DNA from: Bugula neritina
Lineage: Eukaryota > Animalia > Bryozoa
Direction: 5' to 3'
DNA length: 28,894 nt
Assembly: GCA_964035545.1 (NCBI GenBank)
Contig: CAXIUT010000033.1
Location: forward strand, 1-28,894
Shown: piece after piece, positions 9,801 to 21,800 of the stretch
Numbering within the stretch: position 1 is the first letter of the stretch
Layout of the letters: the number at the start of each line of letters is the position of its first letter
Made by a program: the position numbers and the translations under genes
Notes under the pieces: generated by a model
What the model was told of the DNA's origin: nothing
The model's input: only the letters and a program-made list of their open reading frames with translations
Databases searched by the model: none

Positions 9801-12800
9801 AGCTGAAGTAGAAGAACTACTTGATGTGATATAGAAGGAATTACTTTAAGCAGTCATGTAGACAAATCCATTGAAGTTTATCTTAGATTAGAGAGTGTAT
9901 GTTCCAGAGTTAGGATTGGTTATACTACCAGTTACACTTACTAATTTCTGAGCAGTGATTGATCGCAAATATATACTTAGATAAGTAAGTTTTGTGGTTC
10001 CACTGTATTCATTTTTGATATTGCATTAACTGCTGTATAAAGTGGTGCTGTCACTTGTGCAAGTTCCTTTACCAACTGGAGGACTCCAACTCAAATATAT
10101 TCTTAACTATGAAGCTTCTTTTATTGAAGAAGGACAAATTAAACTAAGTTGATATTGGGCAGGCAAATCTGGGTTGCTGATCGAAAGATCCACTTGAAGT
10201 TTGCACGCTTTAACTGTAATGAGAGACAAAACTGGACTTGCAAATGTATTCTAACTGATAATGCTTGGTTTGTAAACGCTGGTAAAATAGAGAGTTTGGA
10301 TCTTAAACTTATATTTTTTGAGGTCAGTATTGGGATTAGTAATATTGGTAACAGTTAAGTAGTAAGGTAGAGTTTGACTAAGTAACACTCCATTGGGTAC
10401 CACTACCAGTTGATAGTTATTGATAATGGAACAATAGGCTTGAGGTCCAGCTAATTTTTGAGAATCAGCTCTTAAGAAACATTTAGAATTTACATTAAAT
10501 AGAGAAGTATAAATTTCAGGGAAAAATATAGCAATTTTGCCTTGTTCAGGAAGATATGAGTTGAGTTGGAAGGAGAAATAGTAGTTAATACCTGAGTCAC
10601 CTCCATAAATAGAGTCAATAGAAGTGATAATAGATGAAATATTTTTAGATGCTTGAGTAAACTTAAGGAATTTGGCAGTACCTAAAGCATCCACTTTACG
10701 GTTAACCACTGTGAAGAGAGTCACTGTTTTATTAACATACTCAATTTAATAGGCAGCATTGAGAAGCTTTGTAATCGTGAAGTTAAAATCTTCTGAAGTA
10801 ATGGAAGAAGAAGGTTGGATGTAAATTTGACTCGCAAGACCAAAGACATGACATTTATTTCCACTTGCCAAACTGCATAAACCTTTTTCGTTAAGGTTAA
10901 ATCTGCCTTCAAATGTGAACTTGGGGAATTGGATGACCAAGTAGTCAGAAGTTGTCACTGTTGCGAATCCAGCTCCAATTTTTCCTTGCAAAGTGTAGTC
11001 AGTAAGTTATCCAACATAATTATTACCTTGTTCAGTCACATTGAAGGTTATAGTTTTTGGTGTGACTGCAGCCGAAGGAGGACCTACTACAAAACTAACA
11101 GGTTCATAGATGTATCCATTGACTCCTCCATAGTTAAAGTAAGTCAGACTGACTCCCAATTTACAATAGTCAGTTATTCCTGAAGGTAGAGTTTTTAGGT
11201 TAGCAAATTGAACACGAACAACACTATTGGCATCAATACGGTCATAACCGGTAATACGGATAGTAGGGTAGGTAATTGTAGAAACAGAAGGATAGATTTG
11301 ACACTTGATTCGACCCATTGTATTGAATGTTAGACCTGAAATATCAAGGCAAGCTATTTAGTCTCCTGCCTGAAGACCAGTACCGAGGTCATTTTTGAAT
11401 GTGTTTGCAAATTCAACCTAAATGGAAGAAGTAATTGAGTTACTGGCTGAGCTATCATATGAAGGAAGAATATCACTAACTCCTAGCGTAAATTGAAGAT
11501 CAAATAATCCCATACTATCACCATCTTCAGGAATACTGAAAGTTATACTAGGAACATCAAGATAGTAGCCATAAACAGTTGTTAGGTTGACATATTGAGA
11601 CTCAACAAGAGCATTTCCTGATGTCCACAAATTAACTTGCATTTGATAGTGATCTCCAGGATATTTGGGTGCAGTGAAAAGTTGGCTGGCACTACTATGG
11701 TCAAGTCCAATCAAGTTATATCCTTGGTTGTAAGTATTACTTGAAGGAGTATAGCTGATAGTGATTTGTGAATTTTATCTTTCCACTCCACAACTAAAGG
11801 TCCAAAGAGAAGTAGTAGTAGGTTGGAGAGTACATCTATTAAGAGATCTAGTTGTTGTATAATTGAACTAACGAGGCAAAAGGAAAGTCATTTTACTGAT
11901 AAGTGAGAGAAGAGGTAGGAGTGGATGGTAGCAAGAAGCCATAAAACATGCACTGTTCTCCGACTTTACAAGTTCGTTGATTAAAAGATTTTGTGTAGAG
12001 ACTGATAACATAAAGATAAGGTAGCAAGAATTATTCGATAGGGAAATTACCAGTTGCCTGGGCTACATAGTAGTCACTACCTGTTGAAGTTTAGTGTGTG
12101 TAAGCATTGGCATACCATGATTTAGAAGTAGTATACTGCCAGTTTTGAATCGTGTATCTGAGGTAGATAAAGATAGATCTTCCCGTAAATTCACTGGTCC
12201 AGTCTGGGAAATCACTTTGGAAGTTAAGTCTGACCCAACTTGTGCCCATTCCTACACAGACAAATCGGTAGGGGTAAGGAAGAGCTTCTCCAGTATTAGT
12301 TTGCATAGTGGCGTTGCAATACTGAGTATCAATGCTAATATCGTTAGAAGAATATAAGTATATTTGTTTGATATTTTTATTTTGGAGCATATGTTTGATT
12401 TCTATTCTAGCGATGTTGTTGAAGCCATATTTGAGTTGATAGTTAGGAGTGAGGGTGGGTGTAAAGGAGATAGATAGAGGTTGCTGGTAGTAGGGTCAGT
12501 ATAGAATAATTCCACCTGAATAGCTGGTATAGAAACGATGGGATAAGACACCTCCTTTCCAAACTTATGAGTAAAATGTGTTTGTACCATAGTATCTTTG
12601 GTATGGATTAGTCATGCCACCTAATTGGAAGCTATAGCTACTATGAGCTGATGAAGCTTTGATCATGATAGTATTAGTAGTGGCATAGGAGTAACATTAG
12701 CCGTTGTTTGAAGTGAGAGTACAGACTGTAGGAATGGGTACTTCACTGTAATAAATAAGTTTGATCCAGTCTCCAGCACTAATGCTGTAGCCAGCACTTA

Positions 12801-15800
12801 CCGTGTGAACAGTGTTAGTAGCACTGACAATGGTTGGGTTGAAGGTAAGTGATCCAGTGGTTCCGATTCCTGGAATATAAGGAGCATTATTGAAAGTCAT
12901 ATAAGTAACTGATTTATAATAAGAACAAAGGTTATTGGAGTCAGACCAGCTGCAAGTGTCAGCCAACTTGAAGACCATTCCAATAGGATAGCTAGAAACT
13001 CCAGGATTAACAATATTCAAAATATTAAATTTGATAAGAGTATTAGCAGCAATATCTTTTGTAATAGGAATAGCAATAGTAGTAGGTCTAGGAGGAGTGG
13101 CTGATTTATCACCTTGGTATACTCTGCATTTTATTACACTGTCAGAAATAACATGAGCCCCGTAGAACTAGCTGCAGTCGAGAGATCCAGGATTCGGGTG
13201 AGGAATAGAAACTCCTAAAGTGTTAGAGAATAGTGTCTCTTGAAGTCCATCTCCAGTAGTAAATTCTAATAAAATTGTATCTCCAGCAGTGGCTGAAACG
13301 TTAGGAGTTACTGAAAATTCATAGAGTGTATTAGCATTGACATAGTCAAGAGCTGAATCGACTGCAAAAGAAGCATGTCCGTATGGTTAAGTCCATACTC
13401 TGTATACTTTTTGTTCGACGATAGTATTGGATTTGAAAGCAAATATTTTGAAGTTGTTCCATTGAATTGAAGGAATTTTAGCACCATAGTGTGTACTTGG
13501 AGCATGAGTATCAACCCAAAGGGTAATCTAATTGTTATGAGTCATGGAATAGTTGAGATAAACAGGAACTTTGAAAATATTTCCACTAACATGAGTAACA
13601 GCTGAAGGAACCCAATAGTTATTTCCATTAATCTGATACTTGATGATTCTTTTGCCTGTTGTAGCAGCATCTAGAACCCAATCTCCAAAATCAACATGAA
13701 GATAATCTCCATTGACAAGAGTATGCGATTTGAGAGTAAATTTGATGTAGAGTGGGAAGGTGCTAGTGGCAGTGTAAGGAGTGATCATAGTTCCTTGTAA
13801 AGCTACATTTTAACTGCCATGAATCAAATCAACATTGAGTGTGAGACTGTCAGTAGTTGCTGAGATGATGTTATTATTTTAACTTGATTTGACTGTGATG
13901 GTGGTACTTGGATTGTATGTTGAATTATTTGTAAGAGATGATTTTATTTTCATCCAGACTGTGATAGATAAGCTGGCACTAGATGCTAAAGCTGCATATC
14001 CACTGATTATTATCTGATTTGAAGCTAATCTCTTGCACACTAAGTTGCTGTTATCTTCTATGCCTTGAATAAAACCACTGTAAGAGTAGCAATGCTCATC
14101 CATAAGTTCAAGTTCTGAGGTAAATTCAATGATCATGTAGCTTCCTTCTGGGAACTGTAAGTAATCAGCAGACCATGAAAGGGTATATTTATCTTAAGAA
14201 TTTGTACCTTCAGTGTTGCTTCCTTTAGTGAAAGATGAGCTAGTCCATGAATTGGCAGCTGAAATAGAGTAAGTAGCTGTGTTAGAATTCGAGTGGAACC
14301 ATGCTTTTCTTCGATAAGTACCTTCAAAAGTTTGTACGAATGTTAGTTGGAAGTTTTGAACGTCAATAGAAGTTGGATAGGTTCCAAGAGAGAAAGTATC
14401 TGCTGATCCTGAACCAGTATATTTAAGTGAGCAGAGGTTGATATTTGGATAGTATTGATATTCATAATTGCTGTTACTGAGGGAAGTAAGTGTGCTAAGA
14501 CTTGTAAGTGCAGGAACAAAATTATTTTTAAACTTGACGAGAGTAGTATCTCCATTTCCAAAGTTGTAGGTAGAATATTTGAAACTTACTGACATTGTTT
14601 TTTGCACTTCATTGTTGCTAAGACTCAAATAGGCATGTTGGTTGGAATTACTTGTTGTACCTGTGCATCTTTGCTTGGCTTCATAATTGTAATAGCTGAT
14701 AATAGTCGGGTAAGGATTTGCACTTGAGTAATGGAGTAATTTGACTTTGTAAGTCAAAGGAACATTAGTACCAGATGGGAAAGTAATAAGAGGGAATCTG
14801 AAATAGTAAGTACTAGAAGTAGAGAGAGCTCCATAGTCAGTGATGGATAGAATTGCTGGAGCCCAATTTTGAGATTAAGAGTTTTTACCGCAACGAATTC
14901 TTGTGTTAGCATTAGGACCGCTTTGACTTGAGAAGTGACTGTATTAGACTCCACTATAAAAAGGCATATTATCAGGAGAAAACACTGAATCAATATTGAG
15001 ACAGTCATCATAGTATTTGGACTCAATTTAGAAAGAAAGGACAGATTCAGTGATAGGAGCTGAAGTAGAAGCAGCGGACAAAGCAAATGAAGGTCTTAGA
15101 TTAAATCCAAGCATATCATAGTATCCACTCTGAAGATGTGCATGATCAACTGAATAAGAGTTCATGTATCCAGCAAAGTCAAGAGTGTAGACATCTCCAT
15201 AGGCAATGTTGAGTTGACTGTTATAGATCAGAGAAATTTATACTCTTTGAGGAGTAGTTGGCATATTGAAAGTACTACTCATCTGTTTTCTGTCGATTAT
15301 AGTCAAGAGATATTCAGTATTGATGGCAAGACCTCCAATAGGAGCCTGAACTGTAAAGGCAGGACTATTGTAAATACATTATTGAGCTTGAAGACCTTGT
15401 CCATAAGAAACATATTGAGTGTTTGTGGGTTGAATGATGCAGAAAAGACCATTGTTTGGAGTAACTGGAGCAGGGAAAGTAGTAGATGAAGAAATAAAGC
15501 GGAATGTTTCGATCTAGGAAATGTCATAAGGAGCTTTAAACTTGAAGAAAAGTTTGCTTGTAGTTTGTCCACTCTTGGCATTTAAAGTTTTTCTTTGGAG
15601 TTAGTAGTATCCTTTAGTATATCTCATATGCTGATAAGTCCACATGTTAGGTGTTCCATAGTTGCTACTCGTGCTGAAACCGACATCAGATGGGCGGAAG
15701 TTGCTTGATCGAATGTTGAACTCTAATTATCCGTTATAGTTATAGACACTGGAAGTATAGTAAATTCTGTTATTACTATTAGCAAACAATCTAACTCTTA

Positions 15801-18800
15801 GATACCAGTGTTGATTATAGACGAAGGAAGAGTCCATCATTCCAGTAATGTTGACAAACCATCTGTTATTGTTAGTGTTGAAGCCAACAGTTGCGCTGCC
15901 AGTAGGATTGATGACTCCTGAGTAGTATCTGAACCAAGCAGTATCAAGTTATCTGACTCCACTTGTGAACTAGAGAAGGATATAGCTCATATTGCGACCA
16001 GAGTAGCCACTAGAAACAGGATCAAAATAGAACTAATAGGTCAGAGGGAAATATTGATGTGAGTTGAAGTGATTGGGTTTAGAGTTGGCTATGATACTGG
16101 GTGAAGAAGTGGCTAAAAAGTCATTGTTTCTATTGTAAGATGAGAAACTGTATTGAGAAACAGTATATATATTATAGGTTTTATAGCCACTATACCATTT
16201 GAAGGATACTTCAAGTCCCTTGTTATAAGTTTCTTTGTCTACTGCATTAGGATTCTTGACGTTATTGATTTCAAAGACAGTATTAGTATTTACATTTCGA
16301 CTTGGTAACTGATAAACAGAGGTGTTTGCTCTTGTATTAACCCACAACTTAGTGTAAGTCATGTAATTATCAGTTATTGAAGCCAAATTTGCAAAAGAAC
16401 TGCAGCAAGTAATACCACCATCAATTTTCATAACAAATTTATCATGTACATTAGAACCACTGGAATAAGGCCAGCCTACTGTTAACCTATGGTCAGTTGA
16501 ACTGCCTCTATAGGTGTTCTGAGGTGATAGACTTCCAGTAGATCTGACTGTGTTTCTGATATCGATGCTGTCAGAGTAGAATACGTTGGGGAAGAAAGAG
16601 GTATACATTTTTTCACCACTTGCATCTCTGTAGTTAGCTCTGATATTGATAGGTACTGCGAATAAGGTTTGTTTGGGAGGGTTATTGAAATTATCAAAAG
16701 CAAGTTGTATATTTTTATTGGCATAAAAACCTCCAAAGTTGAGGACTCTAATAGTGAGAGGAGATGTTCCGTTAGAATCAGGTCCATAGCCAAAACATTG
16801 AACTCCTTCTGATTTACCACTGTATGCTAATAGGTTGTTAATGTAGCAGGGAATTTTGTCTCCGTTTTTAATGTTGAAATAGTTGAGATCTAGATTGTCA
16901 ATAATGAACTCTAGATAGAAGGCGGTGGAAGTAGTTATTTTGAGTGTGAGGTCGATGTAGAGAGAGTTGGTAGTTGCTGCTTCTCTAGTGAGGATGTAAA
17001 TATTGTTGAGGTAGATGGGGTTTTTATGCTGATATTTGAAGACTGAAAATTGGTCGAAATATTTGGTTTGATATGAGCCTTGTTCTCCTGTACCGCTCCA
17101 GACTCGCACATGATAGTTATGAGCACTTGTAGAAGCAGAGATCAGCGCAGAGCTGCTCCCTTAGTTGGCATAGGCTATAATTTAATAATAATAGTTAGGA
17201 GATAAGATATGTGAGGGAATTGATTTGATTAATATCCTTGTACTGTCATAGCTTTTACATCCAATAGTATACTCATCATATAGATGGTAGGCTGTCTTAG
17301 TATATTCTCTGATCAGACATTTGTACTTTGCACTGGAGTAGAAGATGATGGCTTCAAAATTAAGATGGCATTAGATGAACTAGCAACTGCACCATGAGTA
17401 CTTGTGCTATAAACTGACACATACTGGTAGTTATTATTGATTGTTAGTCGAACTGGACCCATATCTGTTCTGAGTTACTTGTAGGCTTGTTTTCTCCAGA
17501 CGATGTCGGTGCTTGGTAAAATGGTTCGGCTGCTGGGATTGTTGGTGATAGTTTTGGTGACATATATCGATCTTCCAAAATCAGAGCTCGAGATATATTT
17601 GTCATAGAGTTAGAATGTGAAAGTAGTACTTGAGGGAACAGAACTTGTTGACAAAGTTATCACTAGAATACCAGTAAAATGTATATCAGAGTTGCTTCTA
17701 ATATTTATGACTGTACTGGATATTACATCACAGTAAAGGGCATTGTTATGGAATGATGGTTTGTTGTTGTAATGTAGATGAACTCCACAGCCATAGAGAG
17801 TGGTGAAGCTGCTGGCAGTGAGTTTGATAAAAGATCCTCTGAAAGGACCAGTAGTTCTTAGGTTGCTGTACAAGGAAAAGCCATTGAGTTGTACACTTAC
17901 AACAAAAGGAGTACTTGAAGTCTTCAGAGTATTTCCAAATATAGGAACAACTACACCGAAGCTGGGAGTAGCTGAGGTGAGAGCAGAATTGCCTCGATTT
18001 GTACTACTAATAGAATAGTAGGTAGAGTAGCCACCTCTTGTCCACCCAAGGTAGCGGTTATAGAAGTTTGTGCTTTGATCTCTGGAATCAGGGAAAGTAG
18101 CAGTTAAATCTATAGTGTTGTAATATTGACTACCATTACGACGAGCAACAAAGAAATACCTTCGATTGATAAAAGAATTATAGACTCTACATTCAACATA
18201 GTTGTTATTGTTGCAGAATGAAGTGGTTGGAATGGGATAATAACTTGAATAATAGATGAAAGGTTGGGAGTAGGTAGCATAGACTCTAAGATACTGGTAA
18301 AATCTTTTGCTTTATCTGACTTTTCCTCCAGCATTCCAGAAATAAGATGACTCATCAAAGTTACGCATTGAATTGCTTGTTCCAGTAGTGCTCAAATAGA
18401 CATGATGATCATATTTCATGTAGGGAGACCAATGGTGGTGAGGAAGGCCATGTTCTTGGATAAAATGCATTGTATTCCAGTAAAAACTCAAAGTTATTCT
18501 GTTTCCATTGGAGGATGACGAAGGAGTTCTGTAGCCTGGGAAGTAGCATCTCAAATAAGAATTAACTGGAACATCTCTTCTAATAGTAATGAATGGTTGC
18601 ATGCCTGATCTCAATGTACGAGTACAGTTGCCATCATAATAAGTGGTTGTTTAAGTGCTAGAAAATCCACTACTTGAATATCTGCAGCGGCATTCAATGT
18701 AGGCTACTTCTTAGCTGGAAGAAGTATGGGGGAATGGATTGTTATCTGCGTAAACAGTGTTGCCACCGGAAGTAAATTACATGATTAACTCTGCGTGGGC

Positions 18801-21800
18801 CCAGTTGGTAAATGAAGTCATGGAAGAAGTGATGGGTTTTTTGATTTTTTGAAGATAGAAACCAAATTAAGTTTAAACATTGTATTGATTACTGACGAGA
18901 GAGGCTGATACTGAATCTGCTAGGGAGTTGTAGGGTTGAGTATATCCAACACCTTGAGTACCTGTGAAGGTAAAGTAGTCATAGCCCATTATTTTTCTAC
19001 AACTGCAATATGTTCGACAGCAAGTAGAACAACATACATATTCATAATATGGGTATGTACTAATATGCCGAGTACAACCCGTTACGCAACAAGGTTGATA
19101 ACAACATCCACAAGTACTTGACTGATAGTAATAATAGCTATTTTACCAAACCATACTTGCTGACACCCATAGATGACGAGGGTAGTTGCCAACATTGCCA
19201 CTAACAGAAGCAAATGTAAAAGTAAATTAGTAAGTATCTCCATTAGAGTAGCTGGGCCACTGGTAAGGATAGCGACTACTAGTTGGTGTGTAGTACATAT
19301 CGAATATAGCATAAAAACGACGAGTATTATCACCTCCATTTCCACAATATACTCCAAAAGCACCAGGATTGTAGGCATTGCCATTGAAGTTATTGGTACC
19401 CCATCGACTTGTCCAAACTGATACACTATTGCAAGTGGTGGTCAGCAATCGAGGAGTATAAAATCTGAAGCCCATTCTAAAAGCTTTATGGAAACTATAT
19501 GAAGTAGAAGCATATAATTTAACTTTAATTTGAGTTGAAGAAACATAAGTAACAGTGGAGTAACCTTAGGTTCTGACATTGTTGCTAGTGGTAAGAGTAC
19601 GAGTTGACCCAGTATTACTTCCACTCAAGTCCATTACATTATTGCCAAACTACATTTAACTGCCACGTAATACACTGTGACCAGTATTCGAAGCATACTT
19701 GATATAATCGTAGTCCCAGTTCTGAGCAGTAGTTGATACGTACATAGGCCATGCTCGATTATTGTAGGCATCTTCATTAGCCCATACATAAACTATTACA
19801 TCGAAATTATTAGGTGCTGAGTTAGTAGTTCCATAGTAGTAGAGGTTAAATCTGGTATTAGTAAACCAAAACACATTTCTGAAGATGACTCTGTTGTTTG
19901 ATCTGTCTACAGTACATCTAATAGGGTTGAGAGGGTCGTTTCCGATCAAACCTGCCTACAAATTGCAATTTTTGCCTGTTGATGATAAAGAATCATACTG
20001 TCTCTTTTCACTACCATCTATCTTGAAGTAAACTTCAACTACTTTTTCTGATGGATCTTATTCGCTTCTACTCAAAGTTGACATGATGTTTCCTGCATTG
20101 ATGGAGGCATAGAACCAACTATTCCACCCTGATATTTTAACTTGAGTATCCAAGTCATACATGCTCATTTGTCCAAATATATTAGTTTTTCTGTGGCTAG
20201 AGATAAAGCTGCTTGGAACTGATGCTGTATAGACTTTGTATGCAGGTTTCAATAGCATATATATTTTATAGCTATTTACGATATGATGTTTCATTCTCAA
20301 TTGTCCGAATGCATGATAGCTACTTATTCCTCCGAAAGGTGAGTAGTTGGAGTGGTTACTTGTACTAGCTGACCATCCTCCAGTATATTTCTTAACAATA
20401 TAGACATAGTGTTCATTTTGACCTTCAGACATGAAGAAGTGATCGTAGGTGATACTAGATGAGTAGACATATTCTCCAATATTTTTGTAAGTATCATCTA
20501 CTAGTTGCCACTTCAGAATGGCATAAGTGTTATTTGTTAAATTTTATTGAGATGTGTAGCAGTGATATTATCCTCCTGTTTGCCAAAGAGATTTGGTTGG
20601 ATAGCAGGACAAGGAACCTGTTGAACTGTAGCCTACAGTAGTATAGATTTTAAAAGCATCTATAAGGTCATGTTCTCCCATGAGTTATGCTCCCATCAAG
20701 TTAGGAGTTGAAAAACTTCCTCCGAAAGCTTTCCATTTGAAAGAAGGAAATACATCTGGAATGTCAGGATTAGTAAATAACATTCTAAAGCTGAAGGTAG
20801 TACTCAAAGTATTAAAACCACTGACATAGATTCTAGTGGGAGATCCAAATCCATTTGAAGATCCTTTCTGATAGTAGCAGTAAACTTTAGAGTAGACTCC
20901 CATTGAACAAGGATATTCTGATCCTGACTGTAATCCCATAAGAGTAGGACTATTATAAATCTTAGTTCCATCTTTATTCACCACAGGAATTTCAATAACG
21001 AATCCATTGATGTCTGTTCTGGTAAGAGTTACATTGAATTCGAGATAGTTGAGAGCTCCTTGGGTTAGAGTACCATAAGTTACAGAAACATCTTGAATTC
21101 CATAAGAAGGATAAATTGCTGATGTGTTCGTTGCTCTGTAAAAGGTATGGAAAGGATCAGGTTCAATGCGATAGGTGACTCCTGAATTTCTGTTGTAGAT
21201 GTCGATTGGCATGCTGACTGTGGGATTGTTGAGGTTAGAAAGGATGAATCCTTCATCTGAGACATCTCTTGGGTTGAGGATTGTGAAGTAGGCAGCTACG
21301 TGTTGTCCATTGGTGAGAGATTGTTGGAACTGCATGGTAATGGTGGAACTTGAAATGGAACAGCTGTGTATTTTGAAGCCATTGAGTCTGCATTCAGGAG
21401 TGTAGAAGTATAGGTCATTGTTTCTTTGATTGAGAGTAGGATAGCTATAAACTCCACTGAAGTCAACTTTAATGTGATGATAGTTTGATCCTGATTGGCT
21501 GGAGAAAGTGGATGGTGCGATGAATTTGAAGGAAAAAGGTGATTTTTTCATATTATCAGCGACACCACTGTTAGTGAAGAAGTAAGAGGCGGGTTACCAT
21601 TCATTGACATAGAGTTCTTCTGGTGTAGAAAGATGACTGTGAAGAGGGTATGTTCCATTGGTATAACCGACTTTATTATGATTAACTGAGCTAAGTTTTG
21701 AACTATCTTGTTTCATGAAGCACCAATTATCACTGTCGCGAGTAATAGTAGGTTTGTCCATTCCATCAGGCCAAGTGTAGTATCTGATGACGAATTGGTT

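Noticed and set aside
17401-17420. 20-nt GTGTCA..CAAG (minus strand) as an intron explaining the 17342 frame change
   Set aside because: Length and frame fit, but the donor is GTG rather than GTA, it lacks a TRAY branch motif, and the unspliced reading (STSTHGAVASSSNAILILKP) better matches the protein's composition. Not fully excluded.
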